NCBI GenBank assembly: GCA_024641245.1
Contig: JAHEDK010000002.1
Span: 167,136-231,135 of the forward strand
Length of the DNA: 64,000 nucleotides
Source of the DNA: Actinomycetes bacterium
GTDB lineage: Bacteria > Actinomycetota > Acidimicrobiia > Spongiisociales > JAHEDJ01
Reading direction: 5' to 3'
Shown: positions 30,265 to 39,608 of the stretch, one piece after another
Layout: each line of letters starts with the position of its first letter
Position numbering within the stretch: the stretch's first letter is position 1
The notes under the pieces: generated by a model
Database searches by the model: none
Seen by the model: only the letters and a program-made list of their open reading frames with translations
What the model was told of the DNA's origin: nothing
Made by a program: the position numbers and the translations under genes

Positions 30265-30375
30265 TTCTCAGCAATACAAGAGCGCGAAAACGCGCCACAG
30301 CATTGCGGAGAAAGCGTGTAGGAGATTCTCAGCAATACAAGAGCGCGAAAACGCGCCACAGCATTGCGGAGAAAG
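30265..30375. repeat. two perfect 50-bp direct repeats (period 61), each an imperfect palindrome around gcgcgaaaacgcgc
   Basis: Units at 30265-30314 and 30326-30375 are identical (ttctcagcaatacaagagcgcgaaaacgcgccacagcattgcggagaaag); arms ttctcagcaatac / gcattgcggagaa are near-complementary. Confidence 0.85.
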
Positions 30376-30378
30376 TGT

Positions 30379-31620
30379 CTATCTCAGGCGGAATCGGGCG
30401 ACCGTCTCAACATGGAATGATTGCGGGAACATGTCGACCGGAACCGCGTAATCGAGGTTGTAACCCATCTCCCCGAGCAGCCGGGCATCACGGGCCAGGC
30501 TGGCAGGATCACAGGCAACGTACGCGATCGTCCGCGGCGTCGATCTGGTGATCGAAGCAACGCCGTCGGCGCCCAGACCCGACCTAGGTGGATCACAGAC
30601 GACCACCGTCCACTCGCCCCGGGTGAATCCATCAACCGTCGAAGCCACGACCTCCACCTCGATGCCTGCCGTTGCGCGGTTGTGAACAAGGTCGTCGACA
30701 GCCATTCCTGCGGACTCGACCGCCAGCACGCGTCCTGCGCTCCGCCCCACCGTCAAGCTGAAGAGGCCTCCGCCGGCATACGCATCGAGCAATGTGTCAG
30801 CAGGCGTGACCCCGAGGGCAGCACGTACGAGGTCCACCAGAACTTCCGCGCCCGCAGTGTTGTTCTGAAAGAAAGCCGAAGCCGTCACCCGGAACGCCGT
30901 GTCACCAATCGTCTCTCTGAGAAAGGGATCACCGCTGATCGCTTCGGGGCGCCCCCGCCTGACCCTGCACACCGGGAACGACCAATCGTGTGCGGCCTCA
31001 GGAACGGGGCCCGACACGACCGCCAACCGATCACCGGTATTGATCCCCGCCCGAAGAGTGACGCGATGCATCGGACTGAGGTCGCCCATCTCATCGAGCA
31101 TGGCGCGGAGGGGCTCCGCCAGCAGCGGGCATTCATCCAGCATCTCGAGCTCGCGCGTGCGCCGAAGGTGCAGGGCGGGTCGACCTTGTTGAACGCGGAA
31201 GTCCATTCGATTTCGATAGCCGAACGCAGGGCCGGGCGTCACCGTCTGGCGAACATCGGGATCGTCGATCTTCCCGAGGTGGCGCAGTTGGCCGATCACA
31301 ACGCCGCGTTTCCACACCGCCTGGATCTCACGGGCGGCGAACTGCCACTGGCACCCACCGCAGCGACCGAAGTGCCGACAGGCCGGGGCTATTCGATCTT
31401 CGGAAGGTTCCACGATCGACAGGAGCGCAGCTCGCGACCAGGAACCGCGCTCTTCGAGGACCTCGACATCAACGACTTCCTCGGGAAGCGCGCCGTCCAC
31501 AAACACGGCTTTTCCGTCGAGGCGGCCGACGGCCTCACCTCCGTGCGCCATGTCGTGAATGCGGATCGTGGTCAGGGCAACACCTCGTCGAGGATCTCCA
31601 CCAGCGAACCCTGCAGCCAC
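30379..31620 (-). CDS. 23S rRNA (uracil-C5)-methyltransferase, RumA/RlmD-like (TRAM + 4Fe-4S + SAM-MTase)
   Basis: TRAM domain (HGGEAVGRLDGKAVFV), Cys cluster CRHFGRCGGCQWQ, SAM motifs (LDAYAGGGLFSL) and nucleophile Cys (VACDP). Start may be the internal ATG at 31551. Confidence 0.8.
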   Translation of the reverse strand: MAAGFAGGDPRRGVALTTIRIHDMAHGGEAVGRLDGKAVFVDGALPEEVVDVEVLEERGSWSRAALLSIVEPSEDRIAPACRHFGRCGGCQWQFAAREIQAVWKRGVVIGQLRHLGKIDDPDVRQTVTPGPAFGYRNRMDFRVQQGRPALHLRRTRELEMLDECPLLAEPLRAMLDEMGDLSPMHRVTLRAGINTGDRLAVVSGPVPEAAHDWSFPVCRVRRGRPEAISGDPFLRETIGDTAFRVTASAFFQNNTAGAEVLVDLVRAALGVTPADTLLDAYAGGGLFSLTVGRSAGRVLAVESAGMAVDDLVHNRATAGIEVEVVASTVDGFTRGEWTVVVCDPPRSGLGADGVASITRSTPRTIAYVACDPASLARDARLLGEMGYNLDYAVPVDMFPQSFHVETVARFRLR

Positions 31621-32024
31621 GACAAGTAGTCGAAGAGCGCCTGATCCGATTCCCGCTCAGCGCCGCCGGGTAGCTCTGCGCGCGCCGATTGCACGAGACG
31701 CGCTTCGGTCAATACCCGAAGCCACGCCTCCGCCTCCGCGGTGGAAAGCACAACACCCTCGACGCCTCCTTCCACGGTCAGCGCGAAGGCGGATCGATCG
31801 GCCGCCCGACCGTGCTGCAGTTCGCTCTCCAACAGCCGGCAGAACTCGGCGTCGGCTTCGTCATCAAGGGGATACGCCCGCAACGCCAGGCGCTCGGCCG
31901 CCGGATCCGGGTCGAACCTGCCAACAGAATCGAGCAAGGTCGGGACGAGTGATAGCAACTCGACTTCCCAGGGAGCCAGCGTCATTCGGACCCCACCCGC
32001 GCACGGCGCAAAAGGTTCACTCAT
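31572..32024 (-). CDS. DUF2017 domain protein (ClpS-associated)
   Basis: Conserved downstream partner of clpS in actinobacteria; 4-nt start/stop overlap with clpS. Confidence 0.55.
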   Translation of the reverse strand: MSEPFAPCAGGVRMTLAPWEVELLSLVPTLLDSVGRFDPDPAAERLALRAYPLDDEADAEFCRLLESELQHGRAADRSAFALTVEGGVEGVVLSTAEAEAWLRVLTEARLVQSARAELPGGAERESDQALFDYLSWLQGSLVEILDEVLP

Positions 32025-32251
32025 GCCCGCTCCAGCGTTGCGTCTAGGCCATGGACTCTTAGCCGGAAGCAGGTCAGTTCAACGTGTTCGCGGGCACCGG
32101 CGGCCACGGCGGCGCTCCCGCGGCGGTGAATGTCGAGCATCAGAGAAGTGGCATCGCTCCTGGTCAGATTGAGAAGGCGCCGGAAAACATAGGCAACGTA
32201 GGCGGCCAGATTGACCTCGTCGTTCCACACGATCACATTCCACGTTTCCAT
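32021..32251 (-). CDS. clpS: ATP-dependent Clp protease adaptor ClpS
   Basis: 76-aa protein with the ClpS core (VIVWNDEVNLAAYVAYVF...LDIHRRGSAAV). Confidence 0.85.
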   Translation of the reverse strand: METWNVIVWNDEVNLAAYVAYVFRRLLNLTRSDATSLMLDIHRRGSAAVAAGAREHVELTCFRLRVHGLDATLERA

Positions 32252-32260
32252 ACCGCGACG

Positions 32261-32515
32261 CTAGTGGACTGGTGGGCGGCGGGTCGCCGGCTGCGCCGGC
32301 GGCTGTAGGCATCTCGCCACCGCCCGCACCCGCGACTCTTCGATCGACATCTCGAAATCGACGCGCGCCACCCGCCATTCCCGGCCGAACTTGACGGCAG
32401 GCAGACGACCGGAACGCAGCACACCGGACACGACGAAGGTCGACACATCCATGCAGTAACAGATATCGGCAACCGACAACCATTCTCTGGCAATAGCAAC
32501 CTCGATGTGATTCAT
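32261..32515 (-). CDS. helix-turn-helix (excisionase/MerR-like) DNA-binding protein
   Basis: LSVADICYCMDVSTFVVSGVLRSGRLPAVKFGREWRV resembles excisionase-family HTH_17; start at MNHIEV. Confidence 0.45.
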   Translation of the reverse strand: MNHIEVAIAREWLSVADICYCMDVSTFVVSGVLRSGRLPAVKFGREWRVARVDFEMSIEESRVRAVARCLQPPAQPATRRPPVH

Positions 32516-32639
32516 AGCGCCAGGCGCAGTCCCGCCGGCGGCTCTACGGCAAGCGCCGCTCACCTCGCGAAAACCCACCTTCACTCATTCCTCATCGACA
32601 CTGTTGTATATCGTATTCTATCGCTATCTGCCCTCAAGG

Positions 32640-32957
32640 ATGCACAGCATGGATCCACTAAGACATCCGGACCTCATCGAAGTATCTCGCCACCTTCGCC
32701 GGCAATGGGAACGAGTAGTCGAAGCAGAGCAGGCGGCCGCCCGGGCAACGTGGTTACGCCGGCGCACGCTGAGAGATCGCCTGATCGACGCCGAGGACCG
32801 TGGAGAGCAAGCAACCCTTTGGTGCATTGACGGCCGGGCCTCCACCGGCCTCGTGGGTGCGGTCGGTTCGGATCATGTCGTGTTACTCACAGGCGATCGG
32901 AGCCGTTTCGTCCTCCTGCACCAGATCGTCGCGGCCGGATTCGAAGCCGCCGAATGA
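32640..32957 (+). CDS. hypothetical protein
   Basis: ORF whose stop overlaps the ParA-like gene start; no motifs. Confidence 0.35.
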   Translation: MHSMDPLRHPDLIEVSRHLRRQWERVVEAEQAAARATWLRRRTLRDRLIDAEDRGEQATLWCIDGRASTGLVGAVGSDHVVLLTGDRSRFVLLHQIVAAGFEAAE

Positions 32958-33988
32958 ACCGCCCACGCATGGCCACGGTCCTGTCGGCGCGGGAATGGGA
33001 GCCGAGGCTGGTAGATGCAGCCCGGCGCGATCCGATCGTGAGGATCGTGCGTCGGGCGTATGAACCACAAGACCTGGAGCGCGCCGCACCACTCGACATC
33101 GTGGTGGTTGGATCCGAAACCTCATGGATAACATCCAATCGGATCCGGTTGATACGCCGGAGCGGAACGCACGTCATCGGCGTCTATCCAACAGGCGACG
33201 GACCTGGGCACGAACTCCTTCGTCGAGGCGGCGTCGACGTCGCATTGCCGGACACAACCACCCCGGAAGACCTGTTGAGTGCAGCGTCGGTGGTCGCGGC
33301 GCAGTCCCTAGCTCCGGTAGGCCGGGGCCGGCTCATCTCAGTCACGGGCCCGAGGGGGGCTCCGGGTCGAACAGAAATCGCCGTCTCCGTCGCGTACGCC
33401 ATCGCCGAACGCATCTCGACCGCGATCGTCGACCTCGACACCGAAGCCCCCGGGGTCACCTTCCGGATGGGGTTCGAACCCGGCGCCAACCTCATTGATA
33501 TCGCCGACGCCATCCGCACGACAGATCGACTCGTGGCACGGGATATCCGCCCGAACCTGACGGCGATCGGTGGGCCCGTCCCGCTCCGGACCGACCCCTC
33601 AAACAGGCTCGGAATCGCCGCACTCCTCGACGCCGTCCTGGCAGCATTCCCAGTCACCGTTGCGGATATCGGGCCGTGGAGGCCGGATCACTCGATCCTG
33701 GCCACCAGCGACGCGGCCGTCGTTGTATGTGACGCCTCCCCCATGAGTCTCATCAGAGCAGTGCAGTTCGTTCGCGACTGGGAGGGGCCAATTCCATACG
33801 TTGTCATCAATCGCGTCGGATCTGCGCAGGAGGAGGACATTCTTCGTTCTGCAAGAAGAGCAATGGGATTGGAGCCCCACACCCTCATTCCTGAGCTCTC
33901 GATTATCGATGGACGGGAAGGGCCGGCGCTCCGGCATCTCCTCGAATCCCTCGCAATCGACCTCCTGGCCGGCCCGCTCGATCTATGA
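32954..33988 (+). CDS. ParA/MinD/CpaE-like P-loop protein with degenerate Walker A (both Lys replaced by Arg) and N-terminal receiver-like domain
   Basis: ISVTGPRGAPGRTEIAVSVAYAIA aligns to KGGxGK[ST] but reads PRGAPGRT. Confidence 0.55.
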   Translation: MNRPRMATVLSAREWEPRLVDAARRDPIVRIVRRAYEPQDLERAAPLDIVVVGSETSWITSNRIRLIRRSGTHVIGVYPTGDGPGHELLRRGGVDVALPDTTTPEDLLSAASVVAAQSLAPVGRGRLISVTGPRGAPGRTEIAVSVAYAIAERISTAIVDLDTEAPGVTFRMGFEPGANLIDIADAIRTTDRLVARDIRPNLTAIGGPVPLRTDPSNRLGIAALLDAVLAAFPVTVADIGPWRPDHSILATSDAAVVVCDASPMSLIRAVQFVRDWEGPIPYVVINRVGSAQEEDILRSARRAMGLEPHTLIPELSIIDGREGPALRHLLESLAIDLLAGPLDL

Positions 33989-34101
33989 TCGGCGACGGCC
34001 CGGAGTCACAACTTCAAGGGCCGTTGGACCCTGTGCCGCGTTGACCTTTGGCAATACGGTGAAGGGCGGAGAGGAACAACTCAACTACATCGGGAGCCGC
34101 T

Positions 34102-34584
34102 GTGGCAGGAATGAGCCGTCGGACTTTCTTGAGTCGCGCCACCGCGTCGATTGTCGGCGGGATCGGCGCGCTGATGGGCATCCCCACGGTTGCCTATCTC
34201 ATTTCTCCTGCCAAGGCTCGCGGTGGTCTTGGAGTCGAGGCGATCCCGCTCGGGCCTACCAACAAAGTGCCAATCGGGGAACCCACCCTCTTCAAAGCAA
34301 CCATCGAGCGCAAGACCGGATGGGTCACGCAGGCCGAAGAGCTCGCCTTCTACGTCTTCACAGAAGACGGGCGCAACTTCACGGCACTGTCCAACGTTTG
34401 CACGCACCTTGGCTGCCGGGTGCGGTGGGTCGGCAACGAGAAACAGTTCTTCTGCCCTTGCCACAATGCCGTCTTCACCGAAACCGGGAAAGTGGTTTCG
34501 GGCCCACCGCCCAGAGCCCTAGACCAGTACGAGCTGTCGGTTGAAGGTGACCAGTTGTTCGTCGTCGGGAAGGTCGAAGCATGA
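34102..34584 (+). CDS. Rieske [2Fe-2S] iron-sulfur subunit of cytochrome bc/b6f-type complex (set 1), Tat-exported
   Basis: Twin-arginine signal (SRRTFLS); Rieske boxes CTHLGC and CPCHNAVF. Confidence 0.9.
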   Translation: MAGMSRRTFLSRATASIVGGIGALMGIPTVAYLISPAKARGGLGVEAIPLGPTNKVPIGEPTLFKATIERKTGWVTQAEELAFYVFTEDGRNFTALSNVCTHLGCRVRWVGNEKQFFCPCHNAVFTETGKVVSGPPPRALDQYELSVEGDQLFVVGKVEA

Positions 34585-35270
34585 TCCAGAAGCTCAGTGC
34601 TTGGTTCGAAGAGCGGATGGGATGGAAGCCGATCTGGACGGCACTGGCGCTCCGCAACATCCCCAAGGTCAACTGGCTGTACACGCTGGGCAGCGCCACG
34701 CTCCTCGTCACAGTGAACCAGATTCTGACCGGCATCCTCCTCACCATCTACTACGTCCCCAGCCCTCAGGATGCCTACAACAGCGTTGCCTTCATAACGA
34801 ACGAGATCACTGCCGGCTGGCTCATCAGAGGGCTGCATCATTGGGGTGCCAGTGCGATGGTCGTCCTGGCCGGACTCCACATGCTGCGGGTGGTCTTCCA
34901 CGGCGCCTATAAGTTCCCCCGCGAAATCACCTGGTTCACCGGACTCGGCCTCCTGGCCGTGACGATGGCCTTCGGATTCACCGGGTACTTGCTGCCGTGG
35001 GATCAGAAGGCTTACTGGGCTACCACGGTGGGTACCCGAATGCTGGAGGTGACACCCGTCATCGGTGATTGGCTGCTCCGGATCGCCCGCGGTGGGGAAG
35101 AGCTGTCGGCCGTGACGCTCACCCGGTTCTACGGAACCCATGTATGGGTGCTCCCGTCGGTGCTCCTGCTACTCCTGGGTATCCACCTCTTTCTGGTCGT
35201 CCGCGTCGGCATCAGCGCACCTCCGACACCCAAGGAGACAGACGAGAAGCCCAAAGTGTGGTTCGAATAA
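34581..35270 (+). CDS. cytochrome b6-like subunit (N-terminal half of cytochrome b), set 1
   Basis: Four TM helices with haem-ligand His pairs (GLHHWGASAMVVLAGLHMLRVVFHG; THVWVLPSVLLLLLGIHLF); ATGA overlap with Rieske gene. Confidence 0.9.
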   Translation: MIQKLSAWFEERMGWKPIWTALALRNIPKVNWLYTLGSATLLVTVNQILTGILLTIYYVPSPQDAYNSVAFITNEITAGWLIRGLHHWGASAMVVLAGLHMLRVVFHGAYKFPREITWFTGLGLLAVTMAFGFTGYLLPWDQKAYWATTVGTRMLEVTPVIGDWLLRIARGGEELSAVTLTRFYGTHVWVLPSVLLLLLGIHLFLVVRVGISAPPTPKETDEKPKVWFE

Positions 35271-37669
35271 TGAAACGCGAAGAACGCTCCAAATACCTCG
35301 AGGAGTACGCAGAGGACAAGAAGAAGGGCATCCCGTTCTTCCCGGACGCCGTGTTCAAGGACGTCCTGGTTGCATTGATCGTGTTGATCATTCTCATCGG
35401 CCTCGCCTACTTCGCAGGCGCCCCGCTCGAAGAACGTGCGAATCCATCCGACAGCGACTACACACCTCGACCGGAGTGGTACTTCCTCTGGCTCTTCCAA
35501 CTGCTCAAGTACTTTCCGGGCAACCTCGAGTTCGTCGGCGTCATCCTCCTGCCTGCCCTCGGATTCGCCATCCTCTTCGCCATGCCGTACCTGGACAGGA
35601 CCAAGCTCCGTCACTTCCGCAACCGCAGTTGGGTGATGGCATCAACCGGCGTCGCCGTGGTAGCCATGGGGTTTCTCACAGTCCAATCCATCAGGGAGAC
35701 CCCGGCGCCGGCCGACGTGAGCGGCACCATCAACGCCGCCGTTCTCTTCACCGAGAATTGCTCCGTATGCCACGGCACATCGATCGATGTCCCGACCGGG
35801 ATAAACCTGCATGAGACGATTGCCGGGGGTCACGAGGGGATGCCGGCCTTCGCAGCCACTCTGTCGACCGATGAAATCGATGCCCTCGCAGGATTCCTGG
35901 TCTCTCCGCAGGGAGGGGCGATATTCACCGCCAACTGCGCGGCATGCCACGATTCGAGTGACCTCGCCGCCGCCACCCCGTTCCAGCTCCAGGACGCCCT
36001 GAATCAAGGCACCGCCTACGCGCCGCATGATGGACTCGACATACCCGACTGGTCCGAGGTCCTCTTCGGCCAGGATCGAACCGCGCTCCTCAACTTCTTG
36101 CTTGCTCCGGACGGCCAGCGCCTCTACACGCTCTACTGCTCCGAATGTCACGGAACCTCGATCAGCTGGGAAGGGGAACGAGACGAACTCGAAGCGCTCA
36201 TCCGCCAGGGCGGCAACCACCTCGAGATGACCCAGTGGAGGGACGTGCTGCCGGAGGACCAGATCACCGAACTCGCTCTGTTCGTCGTCGAACCATCCAC
36301 GGCTCCCGGGGGCGAGCAACTGTTTGCACAGCACTGCTCGAGTTGTCACGGCGTGCGGGTGCCGAGCGCTCCCGACATAGAAACCGCCTACAACATCATC
36401 GCCGACGGTGCAGAGCACCGATCGATGCCTGTCTGGGGCGACGTTCTCACCGAGGAGCAGCTAACCGCACTCACAACCTACACGCTCGAAGCCAGTCGCG
36501 GCACACCGGTCATCGTCGGCCAGCAACTGTTCGGTCAATTGTGCTCGTCGTGCCACGGTGACTTCGGTGAAGGCGGCCCGAACCCCGCCGACCCCATCAG
36601 AATCATCCCTCCGATCAGTACGGCGAGCTATTTGGAGACCCGGGACGACGCCACGTTGCGCGCCATCATCTCAAAGGGTCAGTCGGACCAGGGCATGTCG
36701 CCTTTCCTGGAGAGCGAAGGTGGACCGCTGACCGAGGACGAGGTGAATGCCGTGGTTGCGTTCCTCCGTTCGTGGGAATCGGATCCGCCGGTCGATTTGC
36801 CGCCCGATCTTGCCCGTGGACCCGTCGCGGGTGGAAGCGTGCAGGTGTATGCGGCGTTCTGCGCCCAATGCCACGGAGCAGATGGGGCAGGCGGCCCCGA
36901 TTTGGTCGGTCCTTCCTTGACCTCGGCAGAATTCCAGGATTCCTTCACCGATGAGCAACTGCACGAGGCCATCGACCTCGGCCATGCTGCTACTTCGATG
37001 ATCGCCTGGGGCGAGGTCCTCACCGCCGATCAGATCCAGGGACTCGTCGACCACATCCGCTCGCTGGGCGGACGCGGTACCCTGCAGACGATCGTCTACG
37101 AACGCGACATTGCTCCGATCTTCCAGGCGTCTTGCGCCGGTTGCCACGGGTCGTCGGGGGGTTGGGATGCATCCACCATGGAGTCCGTGATCGGCAGCGG
37201 AAGCAGCGGGCCGGCCGTCGTCGCCGGCGATCCCGACGGGAGTCATCTCGTGCAGCGCCTTCGTGGCGAGGGCAACTTGATGCCCCCGGCCGGAGCGCTG
37301 CCGGACAACCAACTCGATCTGATCGTGCAATGGATTGCCGGGGGAGCAACCGCCGAAGTGACAACAGGCGACGCGCAATCCGGCGGCGGCGACATCGGTG
37401 ATTACACGTGGACGAAGGATGTCCAGCCGATCCTGCAGGCCAGTTGCGCGGCCTGCCACGGATCGTCCGGGGGTTGGTACGCGGGGACGTACAGCTCCAC
37501 GATCAACAGCGGCGACAGCGGTCCGGCCGTCGTCCCTGGGAATGCCGACGACAGTTCGATGATCCAACGACTGCTCGGCAACGGCAACCTGATGCCGCCG
37601 GGAGCTCCGCTTTCGGAAGAACAGATCGCCGTCCTGATCTACTGGGTCAACAGCGGCGCCAAGGAATAG
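35270..37669 (+). CDS. cytochrome b subunit IV (PEWY-containing) fused to an octahaem c-type cytochrome domain
   Basis: N-terminal 150 aa = subunit IV (TPRPEWYFLWLF; 3 TM). Then eight CxxCH motifs (CSVCH, CAACH, CSECH, CSSCH, CSSCH, CAQCH, CAGCH, CAACH); the last two sit in repeated CxxCHGSSGGW...GNLMPP modules. Start overlaps the upstream stop (TAATG). Confidence 0.85.
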   Translation: MKREERSKYLEEYAEDKKKGIPFFPDAVFKDVLVALIVLIILIGLAYFAGAPLEERANPSDSDYTPRPEWYFLWLFQLLKYFPGNLEFVGVILLPALGFAILFAMPYLDRTKLRHFRNRSWVMASTGVAVVAMGFLTVQSIRETPAPADVSGTINAAVLFTENCSVCHGTSIDVPTGINLHETIAGGHEGMPAFAATLSTDEIDALAGFLVSPQGGAIFTANCAACHDSSDLAAATPFQLQDALNQGTAYAPHDGLDIPDWSEVLFGQDRTALLNFLLAPDGQRLYTLYCSECHGTSISWEGERDELEALIRQGGNHLEMTQWRDVLPEDQITELALFVVEPSTAPGGEQLFAQHCSSCHGVRVPSAPDIETAYNIIADGAEHRSMPVWGDVLTEEQLTALTTYTLEASRGTPVIVGQQLFGQLCSSCHGDFGEGGPNPADPIRIIPPISTASYLETRDDATLRAIISKGQSDQGMSPFLESEGGPLTEDEVNAVVAFLRSWESDPPVDLPPDLARGPVAGGSVQVYAAFCAQCHGADGAGGPDLVGPSLTSAEFQDSFTDEQLHEAIDLGHAATSMIAWGEVLTADQIQGLVDHIRSLGGRGTLQTIVYERDIAPIFQASCAGCHGSSGGWDASTMESVIGSGSSGPAVVAGDPDGSHLVQRLRGEGNLMPPAGALPDNQLDLIVQWIAGGATAEVTTGDAQSGGGDIGDYTWTKDVQPILQASCAACHGSSGGWYAGTYSSTINSGDSGPAVVPGNADDSSMIQRLLGNGNLMPPGAPLSEEQIAVLIYWVNSGAKE

Positions 37670-37811
37670 TCAATACGAAGCACTCAACACGAGGTGCGGC
37701 GTTCGGCCCGTCGCGATTCGACACTCCGTCGGGTCGGGTTGCTACTCTCCACCGCACCCCGGCGCCGAGCCGGGAGTCGTACAGTAGGGTGTCGACGACG
37801 GAGCATCTGGT

Positions 37812-39608
37812 ATGGAGAAACTTCACTTCTTCGACGAGAACATCCCCTGTCTCGCCGCCTGTCCGGTCAACACGAATGCCGGCATGTACGTTGCCGCCAT
37901 CGCAGACGGACAGGATGAACTGGCCTATCTAACCGCTCGCCTCCCCAACCCGTTCGCCTCCGTCTGCGGTCGGGTTTGTGCGGCGCCATGCGAGGACGCC
38001 TGTCGGCGCGGCGAAATCGACAAGCCCATCGCCATCCGGGCGCTCAAGCGATTCGTCACCGATCAATTCGGCGTCGAATCCGGCATGGATACCTACCGGC
38101 AGGTCGCCGCCCCTGCTCTCGAGTCGCGATCACAAAGCGTCGGGATTGTCGGAGGGGGCCCGGCCGGCCTGGCCGCCGCCCACGACCTCCGCCGCCTCGG
38201 CTACGGCGTCACGCTGTACGAAGCCACCGGTCAGCTCGGCGGCATGATGCTGCTGGGGATCCCCGAGTACCGCCTTGATCGATCCCTCCTGGCGGCGGAG
38301 ATCAAGGCCATCACCGACCTGGGCGTCGAGGTTCGGTTGAACACGAAACTCGGCGATGGCATCACGCTCGATGACCTCCGCCGGCAGCACGATGCCCTAT
38401 TCGTGGCCATCGGGGCGACCCTCGGACGCGGACTCGACCTCGAAGGCCACGACGCAGACGGGGTGTTGAAGGCGATCGAGTACCTGATCAACGCCAACCA
38501 GGGGTTCGCAACCGACGTCGGTCAGAAGGTGGTCGTAATCGGTGGCGGCGACGTGGCGATGGATGCAGCAAGGACCGCGCTACGAGCTGCAACCTACGAT
38601 GAGATCGCCCGCCGCCATGCCGAATACGACGAAGAGGACGGGCGCTCATCCATGACGGAAGCCCTCGACGTGGCTCGCACGGCTGCCCGGACTGGTGCTC
38701 AGGACATAACCATCATGTCACTCGAGGCCAAACACGAGATGCCGGCGTCGGAGTTCGAGGTCGAAGAGGCCGAGCACGAGGACATCAAGTTTGTCAACCG
38801 GCGCGGTCCCGCCCGGATACTCACCGCCGATGGCAAGGTCACCGGCATCGAGACGATCGGGGTCACGCGCGTTTTCGACGAGAACGGCCGGTTCTCCCCT
38901 GAATTCGACGATGCAGATCGGCTGACGCTGGAGGCAGACACCATCATCATGGCTATCGGCCAGGCGATCGATGTTGAGGCACTGGGAGCGAACGGCCCTG
39001 AGTTGAGTCCTCGCAAGACAATCCAAGTGGGTGAGGACAGCCTGGCGACTTCGCTTCCGATGGTATGGGCCGGCGGCGATGCAGCCAGGGGCCCGCGCAC
39101 TCTCATCGATGCGATCGCAGACGGCCGGATTGCGGCCCGTGAGATCCACGAGGCGTTTGGCGGCAGCTTCGCCGAGCAGGATACCGGAACCATGGTGCAA
39201 CTGGACCAGTTCCACCGTCTCGACGACATCTACGACCGGGTCCCCCGGGTCGCCGTGCCCACGCTGCCGACGGACCGGCGCATCGGTCTGGCAGAAGTCG
39301 AAACAGGGTTCACCGTCGAAGAGGCCAGGTGTGAGGCACAGAGGTGTCTGCGCTGCTTCGCCAACATCCTGCTCGATACCGACATTTGTGTTTTATGCGC
39401 GCTGTGCGCCGACGTCTGCCCGCTCGACCTGATTTCGCTGGTTCCCTCGGAGGACATTCACCCAGACGAGCCGGGTGGCACGGCGTTAATGTTGAACGAG
39501 CAAAGCTGCATCCGTTGCGCGCTGTGTATTGAGCGATGCCCGACAGATGCACTGTCGATGGGACTGTGGACCGGAGTGGGAGTGCCGAAATTGGGAGCAC
39601 CGGTATGA
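37812..39608 (+). CDS. GltD-like FAD/NAD(P)H-dependent oxidoreductase with N-terminal Fe-S domain and C-terminal 2x[4Fe-4S] ferredoxin domain
   Basis: N-terminal Cys cluster (CLAACPV...CGRVCAAPCEDAC), FAD motif GIVGGGPAGLAAA, NAD(P) motif VVVIGGGDVAMDAA, C-terminal CLRCF...CVLCALCADVCP and CIRCALCIERCP. Confidence 0.85.
   Translation: MEKLHFFDENIPCLAACPVNTNAGMYVAAIADGQDELAYLTARLPNPFASVCGRVCAAPCEDACRRGEIDKPIAIRALKRFVTDQFGVESGMDTYRQVAAPALESRSQSVGIVGGGPAGLAAAHDLRRLGYGVTLYEATGQLGGMMLLGIPEYRLDRSLLAAEIKAITDLGVEVRLNTKLGDGITLDDLRRQHDALFVAIGATLGRGLDLEGHDADGVLKAIEYLINANQGFATDVGQKVVVIGGGDVAMDAARTALRAATYDEIARRHAEYDEEDGRSSMTEALDVARTAARTGAQDITIMSLEAKHEMPASEFEVEEAEHEDIKFVNRRGPARILTADGKVTGIETIGVTRVFDENGRFSPEFDDADRLTLEADTIIMAIGQAIDVEALGANGPELSPRKTIQVGEDSLATSLPMVWAGGDAARGPRTLIDAIADGRIAAREIHEAFGGSFAEQDTGTMVQLDQFHRLDDIYDRVPRVAVPTLPTDRRIGLAEVETGFTVEEARCEAQRCLRCFANILLDTDICVLCALCADVCPLDLISLVPSEDIHPDEPGGTALMLNEQSCIRCALCIERCPTDALSMGLWTGVGVPKLGAPV

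Noticed and set aside
30265-30375. Possible CRISPR array
   Set aside because: There are only two identical 50-bp units with an 11-bp spacer and no spacer diversity or cas genes. It is classed as a tandem palindromic repeat instead.
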